In this document: positions 7,917 through 17,734 of the stretch, piece by piece
Layout of the letters: every line of letters begins with the position of its first letter
Position numbering within the stretch: position 1 is the stretch's first letter
Source of the DNA: Paracoccaceae bacterium
Lineage (GTDB): Bacteria > Pseudomonadota > Alphaproteobacteria > Rhodobacterales > Rhodobacteraceae
Direction of reading: 5' to 3'
Length of the DNA stretch: 36,279 bases
Assembly (NCBI GenBank): GCA_003511785.1
Contig: DOIS01000154.1
Span: forward strand, 1 to 36,279
Made by a program: the position numbers and the translations under genes
The notes under the pieces: generated by a model
Database searches by the model: none
The model's input: the letters and a program-made list of their open reading frames with translations, nothing else
What the model was told of the DNA's origin: nothing

Positions 7917-8948
7917 ATGCGGATAACCGCGGTCACATGCGTGAAGAACGAAGGGCCCTTCCTGCTGGAATGGATCGCCTTCAACCGTTTGATCGGGGTG
8001 AGCGATCACCTGTTCTATTCCAACGACTGCACCGACGGGACCGACACGCTGCTCGATGCGCTGGCGGCGCGCGGGCTGGTCACGCATCTTCCGAACCCCG
8101 CGCAGGGGCGCAACTACCAGATGGAGGCGCTCAAGGCTGCCAAGGACCACGCGCTGGTGACCCAGGCGGAGTGGGTCTGGATCGCCGATGTGGACGAGTT
8201 CCTCAACATCCATGTGGGAGATCACACCATCCCGGCCCTGATCGAGGCCTGCGGCGACCCGCAGGCGATCTCGGTCAACTTCCAGTTCTTCGCCAATGAC
8301 GGGATAGACCGGTTCGAAGACCGCCCGGTGATCGCGCAATTCACCCGCAGCCACAATCCCGACCTGTGGTGCGGCGAACAGGCGGTCGAGGTCAAGTCGC
8401 TGATGCGGCGGGATTTTCCGCTCCAGTATTTCGGTGCGCACCGGCCCTTCTTCAAGGCGAAACTGCCGCCCAAGAAGCGCCCCGCCTGGACCGATGCCTC
8501 GGGGCGCCCGGTCCAGCACAAGTTTCTCGTGGCCGCCAATCCGCGCCGCATCCGGCGCTTCCCGGCGCGGGGCGCGCGCGACTTCGCCACGCTCAACCAC
8601 TACGCGCTGCGCTCGCTCGACAGCTACCTGGTCAAGAACGACCGCGGCGACGTCAACCGCGAGAACCGCGCCTTCGACGACAGCTATTGGCGCGAACGCA
8701 ACGACCCGGCCTGGCAGGACCGCTCGATCCATCGCTATCTGCCGGCGCTGAACGCGGCGCTGAAAGAGCTGAAATCCGACCCCCAGATCGGCCGCCTGCA
8801 CGCCGCCTGCGTGGCCGCGCACGAGGCCCGGCGCGACGCGCTGCTGGCGCAGCCCGACTACCGGGCCATGCAGGCGCAGCTGCGCGCCGCCTCTACCCTG
8901 CCGCCGCAGGAAGAGGCGATGCTGGCCGAGCTGGGGCTGGCCCCATGA
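7917..8948 (+). CDS. Glycosyltransferase (GT2/GT92-like, DxD type), paralog 1
   Basis: 343-aa ORF with the motifs VKNEGPFLLEWIAFNRLIGV, DVDEFLNIH and LNHYALRS. The same motifs occur in 12064..13140 and in the C-terminal domain of 9580..12048. Confidence 0.75.
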   Translation: MRITAVTCVKNEGPFLLEWIAFNRLIGVSDHLFYSNDCTDGTDTLLDALAARGLVTHLPNPAQGRNYQMEALKAAKDHALVTQAEWVWIADVDEFLNIHVGDHTIPALIEACGDPQAISVNFQFFANDGIDRFEDRPVIAQFTRSHNPDLWCGEQAVEVKSLMRRDFPLQYFGAHRPFFKAKLPPKKRPAWTDASGRPVQHKFLVAANPRRIRRFPARGARDFATLNHYALRSLDSYLVKNDRGDVNRENRAFDDSYWRERNDPAWQDRSIHRYLPALNAALKELKSDPQIGRLHAACVAAHEARRDALLAQPDYRAMQAQLRAASTLPPQEEAMLAELGLAP

Positions 8949-9580
8949 CGCTCGAAGTCGTCAATCTCGGCCTGCCGAAATCCGGCACCACCACGCTGGC
9001 CCGCGCCTTGCGCCGGGCCGGGTTCTCGGTGGCCGATCACCGCATCCGCGTCAGCCAGACCGACGACGAGAGCCTGCACCGCGCCTATGTGGGCGACTTG
9101 CTCTACCAGGGACTTTACGAGACCGGCGACCCGGGCGCACGGCTCGGCCCGTTCACTGCGATCTCGGAGATGAGCGTGCTGCGCGCCGGTCGTTCGCTCT
9201 GGCCGCAGATGGATTTCGCGCTGATCCTGGCGATCCGGGCGCGCAACCCCGGCGTCAGGTTCCTCGCCTCGCGCCGCGCGCCTTTCGAGATGAGCCAGTC
9301 GATGCTGGCCTGGTCCGACCTGGGCACCGCGCGCCTGCCCAAAAGCGCCGTGCCCGGCCTGCCGCCCGGCTATGGCGAGACCAGCAAACAGCGCGAACAG
9401 TGGATCGAGGGACACCACGCCGCGCTGCGCCAGTTCTTCGACGGCGCGCACGATTTCCTGGAATACGACACCGCCGACCCCGAGGCCCCCGGCAAGATCG
9501 GCGCCTTTCTCGGCCGCGAGCTGCCCTGGTGGGGGCGCAGCAATGCCAACCCCATCCGCAACGAAAGCGAGACCGTGTGA
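8945..9580 (+). CDS. Sulfotransferase-family protein
   Basis: Its ATG overlaps the upstream stop (ATGA). The 211-aa product has LPKSGTTTL near the N-terminus, a PAPS 5'-phosphosulfate-binding-loop-like PKxGTT motif. Confidence 0.65.
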   Translation: MTLEVVNLGLPKSGTTTLARALRRAGFSVADHRIRVSQTDDESLHRAYVGDLLYQGLYETGDPGARLGPFTAISEMSVLRAGRSLWPQMDFALILAIRARNPGVRFLASRRAPFEMSQSMLAWSDLGTARLPKSAVPGLPPGYGETSKQREQWIEGHHAALRQFFDGAHDFLEYDTADPEAPGKIGAFLGRELPWWGRSNANPIRNESETV

Positions 9581-12048
9581 TGCGCATCATCCTGCATATC
9601 GGCGTGGAACAGACCGGCGCCGACCGGCTGCAACGGCTGCTGGCCGACCGGCGCGCCGACCTGGCGGCGCAGGGGGTGCTGTATCCCAAGAGCCCCGGCA
9701 ACCGGAATCACACGCGGCTTTACATGGCGGCGACCGATCCCGACCATATCGACCCGCTGCGCTTCAACCGGGGCCATATCGCGCCCGAGAAGCAGGCCGC
9801 GCTGCGCGACGAGGTGATGGCGGGACTGGCCGCCGAGGTGGCCGAGGCGCGGCCCGACCTGCTGATCCTGTCGGCGGCGCAGCTCTGCACGCTGTGGCGG
9901 GTCTCCGAACTGGAGCGGCTGCGCGGGATGCTCGCGCCGCTCTCGGACGACATCCGCGTGCTGGCCCATGTGGACGGCCAGGCGCGCGTGCTGGCCCGGC
10001 ACTACGCCACGCAGGTCATGGAGGGGCGCGGCAGCACGCTCGAGCGCGAGTTGGCGCTGGCGCAGGCGCCGGACTGGTGGGACGCCTGCCTGGCCGGGAT
10101 GCCCGCGCCCGACCCCGCCGCCGGCCAGTTCGAGGAGACCCAGGCGCCGCCCTTCTGGCTGGATTACACCCGGCTGGTCGCGCATTGGGAGGGCGTGTTC
10201 GGCACGGGCTCGGTCACGCTCTGCCCGCATGATGAGGCGACATTCGCCGGCCCGCAGGTGATGGACGCGCTGCGCGCCGCCTTCGACCTGTCCGGCCCCC
10301 TGCCCGAGGCCGTGCCCGGCACGGCCCCGGCCCAGCCCTCCGCCGCCTGGCTGGCGCGCGGACGGCAGTTCAACGCGCTGGTGCTGCACCTGCTGTCCCG
10401 GCACGAGAAGATCCTGCCGCGTCAACTCTGGCGCAGCTTCCTGTCCGAAATGGAGATCGGCGGCGTGCCGATCGCGCCCGGCGCGCTCTCTCCCATCGCC
10501 GACCGCTTCGCCGAGGACAACCGCGCGCTGGTCAAGGCGCACCCCGCGCTGACCGCCGCGACCTTCCGCAAGGACCGCAAGCGCAAGCTCTGGGCCGAGG
10601 CCGACCCCGAGCGCGGTTTCCGCGCCTCGCAATACCTGCTGGCCTTCATGTTCCGCATCGACAAGGCCACGCGGGCCGAGCGCAAGGCCAAGAAGGCCGA
10701 TCTCGCGGCGCTGGCTGCACAACCCGCTCCGGCCGCCGCCGCGCCCGTGAACGGCGAGGCTTCCCCCGACACCCGACCCGCGCCCACACCCACGCCGGAG
10801 GCGCCCCGCAAGATCGAGGTGGCCCGTCCCGCCAAGGCCAAAGCCCCCGACCGCCAGCAGGTGCTGAGCGAGACCGGGCGCGCGCTGCTGCCGCCGCTGG
10901 CGGTGGAGAAGTTCGAGGATTTGCGCACCTCGCCCTTTGCGCCGCATAATCGCCTGGGCGCGGTGAACGAGGAAGAACTGGCCGCCGCCTATACCCCCGC
11001 CCCCCCGCGCGACCTGCCCGAGGGCAATTCGGGCAATGTCATCGTCGGCTGCATGAAGAACGAGGCGCCTTACATCCTGGAATGGGTCGCCTATCACCGC
11101 GCCATCGGCGTGGACAATTTCCTGATCTACACCAATGGGTGCGAGGACGGCACCTCCGAGATTCTCGACCGGCTGCAAGAGCTGGGCGTGCTCCAGCACC
11201 GCAACAACGACGACTGGAAGGGCAACTCGCCCCAGCAATACGCCCTGAACCAGTCGCTGAAGGAGCCGGTGATCCGCAACGCGGAATGGATCATCCATAT
11301 CGACGTGGACGAGTTCATGAACGTGCGTTGCGGCAACGGCACGCTACCCGATTTCTTCGAACGCGTGCCGGATGCCACCAACGTGGCGATGACCTGGCGG
11401 CTCTTTGGCCATAACGGCGTCACCCGGCTGGAGGACCGGCTGGTGATCGACCAGTTCGAGACCTGCGCGCCCAAGTTCTGTCCCAAGCCGCACACCGCCT
11501 GGGGCTTCAAGACCATGTTCCGCAATATCGGCGCCTACGAGAAGATCTCCTGCCACCGGCCCAACAAGCTGTCCGAGGCGTTCCGCGACAAGGTGAAATG
11601 GGTCAACGGCTCGGGCCGGGACATGACCAAGGAGGCCGCCGACAACGGCTGGCGCAATTCCAAGAAATCCATCGGCTACGACCTGCTGCAACTCAACCAC
11701 TATGCCCTGCGCAGCGCCGAGAGTTTCCTCATCAAGCGCCAGCGCGGGCGCGCGCTGCATGTGGACCGCTCGATCGGGCTGAACTACTGGATCCGCATGG
11801 ACTGGTCGGATTACCGCGACATCACGATCAAGCGGAACCTGCCGCGCGTGCGGGCGGAATACGACCGGCTGCTGGCCGACGCGCGGCTGGGCGCGTTGCA
11901 CCAGGGCGGCCTGGACTGGCACCGCGCCAAGGCGCGCGAGTTGCACGCCATACCCGAGTTCGAGGAGCTGTATCAGCAGGCGCTCAAGGTCAAGCTGACC
12001 GAGACCGAGCGCGCGGCCTATGCGCTGGCGCTGGATCTCGAAAGTTGA
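9580..12048 (+). CDS. Fusion protein: N-terminal sulfotransferase-like domain with a degenerate P-loop, a Pro/Ala-rich linker, and a C-terminal DxD glycosyltransferase domain (paralog 2)
   Basis: TGATG start/stop overlap with the upstream gene; 822 aa. The N-terminus reads MRIILHIGVEQTGADRLQ. The linker reads AAQPAPAAAAPVNGEASPDTRPAPTPTPEAPRK. The C-terminal domain carries MKNEAPYILEWVAYHRAIGV, DVDEFMNV and LNHYALRS. Confidence 0.7.
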   Translation: MRIILHIGVEQTGADRLQRLLADRRADLAAQGVLYPKSPGNRNHTRLYMAATDPDHIDPLRFNRGHIAPEKQAALRDEVMAGLAAEVAEARPDLLILSAAQLCTLWRVSELERLRGMLAPLSDDIRVLAHVDGQARVLARHYATQVMEGRGSTLERELALAQAPDWWDACLAGMPAPDPAAGQFEETQAPPFWLDYTRLVAHWEGVFGTGSVTLCPHDEATFAGPQVMDALRAAFDLSGPLPEAVPGTAPAQPSAAWLARGRQFNALVLHLLSRHEKILPRQLWRSFLSEMEIGGVPIAPGALSPIADRFAEDNRALVKAHPALTAATFRKDRKRKLWAEADPERGFRASQYLLAFMFRIDKATRAERKAKKADLAALAAQPAPAAAAPVNGEASPDTRPAPTPTPEAPRKIEVARPAKAKAPDRQQVLSETGRALLPPLAVEKFEDLRTSPFAPHNRLGAVNEEELAAAYTPAPPRDLPEGNSGNVIVGCMKNEAPYILEWVAYHRAIGVDNFLIYTNGCEDGTSEILDRLQELGVLQHRNNDDWKGNSPQQYALNQSLKEPVIRNAEWIIHIDVDEFMNVRCGNGTLPDFFERVPDATNVAMTWRLFGHNGVTRLEDRLVIDQFETCAPKFCPKPHTAWGFKTMFRNIGAYEKISCHRPNKLSEAFRDKVKWVNGSGRDMTKEAADNGWRNSKKSIGYDLLQLNHYALRSAESFLIKRQRGRALHVDRSIGLNYWIRMDWSDYRDITIKRNLPRVRAEYDRLLADARLGALHQGGLDWHRAKARELHAIPEFEELYQQALKVKLTETERAAYALALDLES

Positions 12049-12063
12049 TGTATCGCTTTAACT

Positions 12064-13140
12064 ATGGGAGATAAACCGCTGAAATTACTCGCGGTTCTCT
12101 GCGTCCGCAACGAGGGGGCCTTCCTTCTGGAATGGCTGGCCCACCACCGCGCCGTGGGCTTCACCGATATCCTGGTGTTCTCGAACGATTGCCAGGACGG
12201 CACCGATGCCATGCTCGACCGGCTCGACAAGCTGGGCTGGGTCAAGCATGTGCGCAACGACGGGCCGCATGACCGGGGCGGCATCCAGTTCACCGCGCTC
12301 AAACGTGCCGACGGCATGGAACTGACCCGCCGCGCCGACTGGATCCTGCCGCTCGACGTGGACGAGTTCGTCAACATCCATGCCGGAGACGGCACCCTGC
12401 CCGACCTGCTGGCCGCCCTGCCCGAGGCGACCGCCATCACCCTGACCTGGCGACTTTTCGGAAATGACGACAAGGTGGAGTATGACGACATCCCCGTGAC
12501 CGAGGGCTTCACCCGCTGCGCGCCGGAGGTGCTCTACTGGCCTTGGCGGGCCTCGATGTTCAAGACGCTCTACCGCAATGACGGTATCTACCGCAAACTG
12601 GGCGTGCACCGGCCCCGGGCGCCCGTGCGCGAGAGGCTGGCGCAGGCGCGCTGGTTCGACGGCGAGGGGCGCGCTTTGCCCGAGCAGTTCATGACCCAGC
12701 GCATCTTCTCGAATTACGGGCGCTCGAATTACGGGCTGGTGCAGCTCAACCACTATGCCCTGGGGTCGATGCAGAGTTTCGTGCTCAAGGCCGACCGGGG
12801 CCGCGCGGTGCATTCCGATCACATGCTGGACGTGGATTACTGGGTCGAGCGCAATTTCAACCAGGCCGAGGACCGCTCGATCCAGCGGATGCGCCCGCTG
12901 AGCGCGCCGCTGCGCCAGGAGTTGCTGGCCGACCCCGAACTGGCCCGCCTGCACGCCGAGGCCGTGGACTGGCGCCACGCCCGCTTTGCCGAACTGCTCG
13001 AACAGGAACCCTTCCGCGCGCTCTTCGCACGGTTGCTGATGACGCCGCCCTCGCGCCCCGTCAGCGCCGCCACCGCGCGCCAGCTCACCCGCGCCGCCCT
13101 GCGCGGGCGACGCCGGGACGCAAAACCGCCCAGCGGGTAG
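12064..13140 (+). CDS. Glycosyltransferase (GT2/GT92-like, DxD type), paralog 3
   Basis: 358-aa ORF with VRNEGAFLLEWLAHHRAVGF, DVDEFVNIH and LNHYALGS. It starts 15 nt after the previous gene. Confidence 0.75.
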   Translation: MGDKPLKLLAVLCVRNEGAFLLEWLAHHRAVGFTDILVFSNDCQDGTDAMLDRLDKLGWVKHVRNDGPHDRGGIQFTALKRADGMELTRRADWILPLDVDEFVNIHAGDGTLPDLLAALPEATAITLTWRLFGNDDKVEYDDIPVTEGFTRCAPEVLYWPWRASMFKTLYRNDGIYRKLGVHRPRAPVRERLAQARWFDGEGRALPEQFMTQRIFSNYGRSNYGLVQLNHYALGSMQSFVLKADRGRAVHSDHMLDVDYWVERNFNQAEDRSIQRMRPLSAPLRQELLADPELARLHAEAVDWRHARFAELLEQEPFRALFARLLMTPPSRPVSAATARQLTRAALRGRRRDAKPPSG

Positions 13141-13244
13141 CATGGAAGCACCACGACATTTTCCCAATTCCGCCATAATCCCGGACTAGGACTCAACACT
13201 GTAACCGGCCCGTCAAAGCGGCCGGGATTTCGAGGACGAGTGCG

Positions 13245-14198
13245 ATGCAGGATACAGCCCAGAGCATAGACCAGTCGCTGAGCAGTCTGGAGCCCGACGA
13301 GTGGCGCGCCCGGCTGGAAGAGATCGCCACGCAGAACGGGTGGTTCCAGGCCCTGGGCAACCGGCATTTCGCCACCTTCATCAACGAGAAGCCCACGCTG
13401 CTGGTCACGTTCGAGACCGTGCAGGGCATCCGCGCCCTGTCGCGCACCGCCACCCCCTTCGGCTTCGAGATGGTCAAGGCGCAGGGCTGGTCGCATCTCT
13501 GCCTCGTCTCGGACGGCGACACCTGGTTCCGCGATCCGCTGATCTACGGCTTTTTCGACCGGCTGATCGACGACGGCTTCTTCGAGGAGTTCGACCGCGT
13601 GGTGTTCTACGGCGCGGGCCCCTGCGGCTATGCGGCGGCGGCCTTCTCGGTGGCCAGCCCCGGCGCCACCGTGGTGGCGGTGCAGCCGCAGGCCACGCTG
13701 GACGCGCGCCTGACCGAATGGGACGACCGCTTTACCGAGATGCGCCGCACCTCCTTCACCGACCGCTATGGCTATGCCCCCGACATGCTGGATGCGGCCG
13801 ATCACGCCTTCATCCTCTATGATCCGCGCCAGGAACTGGACGCGATGCACGCCACGCTGTTCGAACGCGCCAACGTCACCCGGCTGCGGATGCCCAACAT
13901 GGGCGCCACGCTGCAGACCAATCTCGACGAGATGAAACTGCTCTACCGGATGCTCAGCCTGGCCGGAGAGGGCAAGCTGAGCGAGAAGGCGTTCTACCGC
14001 CTCTACCGCGCGCGGCGCGACCACCCGCCCTACCTGCGCAACCTGATGAGCCGGCTGGACGCAGAGGAGCGGCCGGCGCTCAACATGATGCTGTGCCGCA
14101 ATGTGATCGGGCGGATGAATGCGCCCAAGTTCCGCCGCCGCCTGTCGGACCTTCAGAAACAGGCCGAGGAAGGGCTGTTCGCGCCGCCCGAGGACTGA
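13245..14198 (+). CDS. Hypothetical protein, no family recognised
   Basis: 317-aa ORF with high GC3 and GAGGA 8 nt upstream of the [20 protein letters not shown] segment suggests a nucleotide-binding or alpha/beta fold, but that is only a guess. Confidence 0.6.
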   Translation: MQDTAQSIDQSLSSLEPDEWRARLEEIATQNGWFQALGNRHFATFINEKPTLLVTFETVQGIRALSRTATPFGFEMVKAQGWSHLCLVSDGDTWFRDPLIYGFFDRLIDDGFFEEFDRVVFYGAGPCGYAAAAFSVASPGATVVAVQPQATLDARLTEWDDRFTEMRRTSFTDRYGYAPDMLDAADHAFILYDPRQELDAMHATLFERANVTRLRMPNMGATLQTNLDEMKLLYRMLSLAGEGKLSEKAFYRLYRARRDHPPYLRNLMSRLDAEERPALNMMLCRNVIGRMNAPKFRRRLSDLQKQAEEGLFAPPED

Positions 14199-14256
14199 GC
14201 GCCGGCGCGGCGCCTTGCCTCTGGGCAACCGCCCGGCGCCATGCTATCGCCCGGCA

Positions 14257-15300
14257 ATGACCGAGCGCCTGACCATCCCCCGCCCCGACGACTGGCATCT
14301 GCACCTGCGCGACGGCGCCATGCTCGAGGCGGTGCTGCCCGAGACCGCGCGCCATTTCGCCCGCGCCATCGTCATGCCCAACCTGGTGCCCCCGGTGGTG
14401 ACCGGCGCCGACGCCCGGGCCTACCGCGACCGCATCCTGGCCGCCCTGCCCGAGGGGGCCGATTTCACGCCGCTGATGACCCTCTACCTGACCGAGCAGA
14501 CCGACCCCGAGGACGTGGCCCGCGCCGCCGCCTCGGGTCTGGTGACGGCGGTCAAGCTCTACCCGGCGGGCGCCACCACCAACTCGGCCTCGGGCGTGCG
14601 CGATTTCGACAAGGTCCGCCCGGTGCTCGAGAAAATGGCCGAGATCGGCCTGCCGCTCTGCGTGCATGGCGAGGTGACAGATGCGGAGATCGACATCTTC
14701 GACCGCGAGGCGGTGTTCATCGACCGCGTGCTCGACCCGATCCGGCGGGCCACGCCGGGGCTGCGCGTGGTGATGGAGCATATCACCACCGCCGACGGGG
14801 TGGACTACGTCAAAAGCCAGGACCGCGACATGGGCGGCACCATCACCACCCATCACCTCATCATCAACCGCAACCACATCCTGGCGGGCGGAATCCGGCC
14901 GCATTACTACTGCCTGCCCGTGGCCAAGCGCGAAACCCACCGCCTGGCCCTGCGCGCCGCCGTCACCGGGGGCGACGCGCGCTTCTTTCTGGGCACCGAC
15001 AGTGCGCCGCATGTGGACGCGGCCAAGGAAACCGGCTGCGGCTGCGCCGGCTGCTTCACCGCGACCAACACGATGAGCCTTCTCGCGCATGTGTTCGAGG
15101 AGGAAGGCGCGCTCGACCGGCTGGAGGGGTTCGCCGCGCGGCACGGGCCGGCCTTCTACGGGCTGCCGGTGAACGAGGCGACCCTCACGCTGGAAAAACA
15201 GGCCGACCCGGTGCGCTTCCCCGAGAAGATCGAGAGCGGCGACGGCCCGGTCACCGTTTTCGACCCGGGCTTCCCCGTCCACTGGCGCGTCGCCCAATGA
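14257..15300 (+). CDS. pyrC: Dihydroorotase (homodimeric class II type)
   Basis: [20 protein letters not shown] carries the HxH metal ligands. Also present: [20 protein letters not shown] and GTDSAPH. Confidence 0.92.
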   Translation: MTERLTIPRPDDWHLHLRDGAMLEAVLPETARHFARAIVMPNLVPPVVTGADARAYRDRILAALPEGADFTPLMTLYLTEQTDPEDVARAAASGLVTAVKLYPAGATTNSASGVRDFDKVRPVLEKMAEIGLPLCVHGEVTDAEIDIFDREAVFIDRVLDPIRRATPGLRVVMEHITTADGVDYVKSQDRDMGGTITTHHLIINRNHILAGGIRPHYYCLPVAKRETHRLALRAAVTGGDARFFLGTDSAPHVDAAKETGCGCAGCFTATNTMSLLAHVFEEEGALDRLEGFAARHGPAFYGLPVNEATLTLEKQADPVRFPEKIESGDGPVTVFDPGFPVHWRVAQ

Positions 15301-15307
15301 CCACGCC

Positions 15308-15354
15308 CCGTTTTCTTTGAAAGAAAACGGCCCGGAATTTTTGAAAAATTCCGG
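15308..15354. repeat. Tandem double-palindrome intergenic element, copy B (inverted orientation)
   Basis: ccgttttcttt-g-aaagaaaacgg (15308-15330) plus ccggaattttt-g-aaaaattccgg (15332-15354), lying between pyrC and pyrE. Confidence 0.8.
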
Positions 15355-15379
15355 CCCCTGCCGGAACGGAGTTAACGAT

Positions 15380-16060
15380 ATGATCCCCTCCTCCTACCCC
15401 CCTGCGAACGAGATCGCCCGCCTGACAGCAAGGATGCTGCTCGAGATCGAGGCGGTGCATTTCAACGCCCGCGAGCCCTTCACCCTGGCCTCGGGCCTGC
15501 CCAGCCCGACCTATATCGACTGTCGCAGGCTGATCTCCTTCCCCCGCATCCGCGCCACATGCATGGATTTCCTCACTGTCACCGTGATGCGCAATGCCGG
15601 GTTCGAGGCCTTCGACAATATCGCCGGCGGCGAGACCGCGGGCATCCCCTTCGCCGCGCTGGTGGCCGAGCGCATGGCCCTGCCCATGAGCTATGTCCGC
15701 AAGAAGCCGAAAGGCTACGGCCGCAATGCCCGAATCGAGGGCGAGATGCACGAGGGCGACCGCGTGCTCCTGGTCGAGGACCTGACCACCGACGGCGGAT
15801 CGAAACTCTCCTTCGTGGACGCGATTCGCGACACCGGGGCCGCTTGCGCGCATACCGCCGTGATCTTCTCCTACGGCATCTTCCCCGAAACCGAAAAAAC
15901 GCTGGGCGATCATGGGGTCAGCCTGCATCACCTGTGCACCTGGTGGGACGTGCTGGCCGAGGCGCGCGCCTCCGGGGCCTTCGACGCCGAGACGCTCCAG
16001 GGCGTCGAGAGCTTCCTCGAAGACCCCCGCGCCTGGCAGGAGGCGCGGCGCGGCGGATAA
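15380..16060 (+). CDS. pyrE: Orotate phosphoribosyltransferase
   Basis: PRPP-binding motif [13 protein letters not shown], and GGAG 8 nt upstream of the ATG at 15380. Confidence 0.9.
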   Translation: MIPSSYPPANEIARLTARMLLEIEAVHFNAREPFTLASGLPSPTYIDCRRLISFPRIRATCMDFLTVTVMRNAGFEAFDNIAGGETAGIPFAALVAERMALPMSYVRKKPKGYGRNARIEGEMHEGDRVLLVEDLTTDGGSKLSFVDAIRDTGAACAHTAVIFSYGIFPETEKTLGDHGVSLHHLCTWWDVLAEARASGAFDAETLQGVESFLEDPRAWQEARRGG

Positions 16061-16154
16061 ATCGCGGCTGACGCCTTCCGGCAACAACCCGCGCGTCGGC
16101 CCACCGGATATTGACCCCGCGCCCGTCTCTGACGCAAGATGATGGGGCGGGCGC

Positions 16155-16163
16155 TTATCCACA
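16155..16163 (+). promoter_or_regulatory. Perfect DnaA-box 9-mer TTATCCACA upstream of dnaB
   Basis: Exact match to the E. coli-type consensus, about 63 nt upstream of the dnaB start. Confidence 0.45.
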
Positions 16164-16225
16164 GAGATATACAATTTGCGCCGACGCCCGGCCCTGGCCT
16201 AGACTCCGGGGCCTGAGGGGAGCCC

Positions 16226-17731
16226 GTGAGAGACATGAACGAAATCGCACCGTTTCAGCCGCAGACCGACCAGAGCGCCGAGTCCGGCGCCATGCCGCAT
16301 TCCATCGAGGCCGAACAGCAATTGCTGGGCGCGCTTCTGACCAATAACGAGATCTACGACCGGGTGGCCGACATCATCGGCCCGCAGCATTTCTATGACC
16401 CGGTCCATGCCCGCATCTACGAGATCGCCACCGCGCGCATCGCCAAGAACGCCCTGGCCTCGCCGGTGACGCTCAAGGCGTTCATGGACGATGACGAGGG
16501 GCTGAAAGAGCTGGGCGGCCCGGCCTATCTCGCCCGTCTCGCCGGCGCGGCGATCTCGGCCTTCGCGGTGCGCGACTATGCCCAGATGATCTATGACCTG
16601 GCAATCCGGCGCGAGCTGATCGGGCTGGGTCAGTCGATCTCCGACAAGGCCGGCCGGGTCGAGGTCTCCTCCGAGCCGAAGGACCAGATCATCGAGGCCG
16701 AGCAGGCGCTTTACCGGCTGTCCGAACAGGGCAAGACGGAGAGCGGATTTCAAAGCTTTCTCAAGGCGATAACCGACGCAGTTAATGTGGCCAACGAGGC
16801 CTACAAGCGCGATGGCGGCATGTCCGGCGTCTCCACCGGCCTGATCGACATGGACCGCAAGCTGGGCGGGCTGCACCGCTCGGACCTCTTGATCCTGGCC
16901 GGGCGGCCCTCGATGGGCAAGACCTCGCTGGCCACCAACATCGCCTTCAACATCGCCAAGGCCTACAAGAAGGGCCGCCGCGACGACGGCACCGAGGGCG
17001 CGGTGGATGGCGGCGTCGTGGGCTTCTACAGCCTCGAGATGAGCGCCGAGCAACTCGCCACGCGGATCCTGTCCGAGGCCTCCGAGGTGCCCAGCGAACA
17101 GATCCGCCGCGGCGACATGACCGAGGCCGAGTTCCGCCGCTTCGTCGATGCCGCCAAGTCGCTGGAATCCTGCCCTCTTTTCATCGACGACACACCCGCG
17201 CTGCCGATCAGCCAGCTCGCCGCCCGCGCCCGGCGGCTCAAACGCACCCACGGGCTCGACGTGCTGATGGTGGACTACCTGCAACTGGTGCGCGGCAGCG
17301 GGCGGTCCGAGAACCGCGTCAACGAGATCTCCGAGATCACCATGGGGCTCAAGGCCATCGCCAAGGAACTCGACATCCCCGTGATCGCGCTCTCGCAGCT
17401 CTCGCGCCAGGTCGAGTCCCGCGACGACAAGCGCCCGCAGCTCTCGGACCTGCGCGAATCCGGCTCGATCGAGCAGGACGCCGACGTGGTGATGTTCGTC
17501 TTCCGCGAGGAATACTATGTCGAGCGGGAGAAACCCTCCGACGACAGGCTCGACGAGATGGCCGCCTGGCAGGAGCGCATGGAGCGGCTGCACGGCAAGG
17601 CCGAGGTCATCATCGGCAAGCAGCGCCACGGTCCGATCGGCACGGTCGAGCTGAGCTTCGAGGGCCGCTTCACACGCTTCGGCAACCTGGTCAAGCCGTG
17701 GCAGCAGGGCGGCGGCGCACAGGAGTTCTGA
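16226..17731 (+). CDS. dnaB: Replicative DNA helicase
   Basis: 501 aa. The N-terminal PHSIEAEQQLLGALL is the DnaB N-domain signature. Walker A is GRPSMGKTS, and VDYLQL and SGSIEQDADVV are also present. GTG start at 16226 with a GAGGGG SD; an in-frame ATG at 16235 is an alternative. Confidence 0.95.
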   Translation: MRDMNEIAPFQPQTDQSAESGAMPHSIEAEQQLLGALLTNNEIYDRVADIIGPQHFYDPVHARIYEIATARIAKNALASPVTLKAFMDDDEGLKELGGPAYLARLAGAAISAFAVRDYAQMIYDLAIRRELIGLGQSISDKAGRVEVSSEPKDQIIEAEQALYRLSEQGKTESGFQSFLKAITDAVNVANEAYKRDGGMSGVSTGLIDMDRKLGGLHRSDLLILAGRPSMGKTSLATNIAFNIAKAYKKGRRDDGTEGAVDGGVVGFYSLEMSAEQLATRILSEASEVPSEQIRRGDMTEAEFRRFVDAAKSLESCPLFIDDTPALPISQLAARARRLKRTHGLDVLMVDYLQLVRGSGRSENRVNEISEITMGLKAIAKELDIPVIALSQLSRQVESRDDKRPQLSDLRESGSIEQDADVVMFVFREEYYVEREKPSDDRLDEMAAWQERMERLHGKAEVIIGKQRHGPIGTVELSFEGRFTRFGNLVKPWQQGGGAQEF

Positions 17732-17734
17732 GCC

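Noticed and set aside
8366-8944. Long N-terminal extensions of the sulfotransferase ORF (8366 start), the fusion ORF (9400 start) and pyrC (14119 start)
   Set aside because: The extensions overlap the preceding genes out of frame and translate to Arg/Pro/Ala-rich sequence. Internal starts at 8945, 9580 and 14257 give start/stop coupling or sensible N-termini.
15317-15379. Longer pyrE start ([21 protein letters not shown]...)
   Set aside because: The extension is translated from the double-palindrome repeat element. The ATG at 15380 has a GGAG SD and matches the usual PyrE N-terminus.
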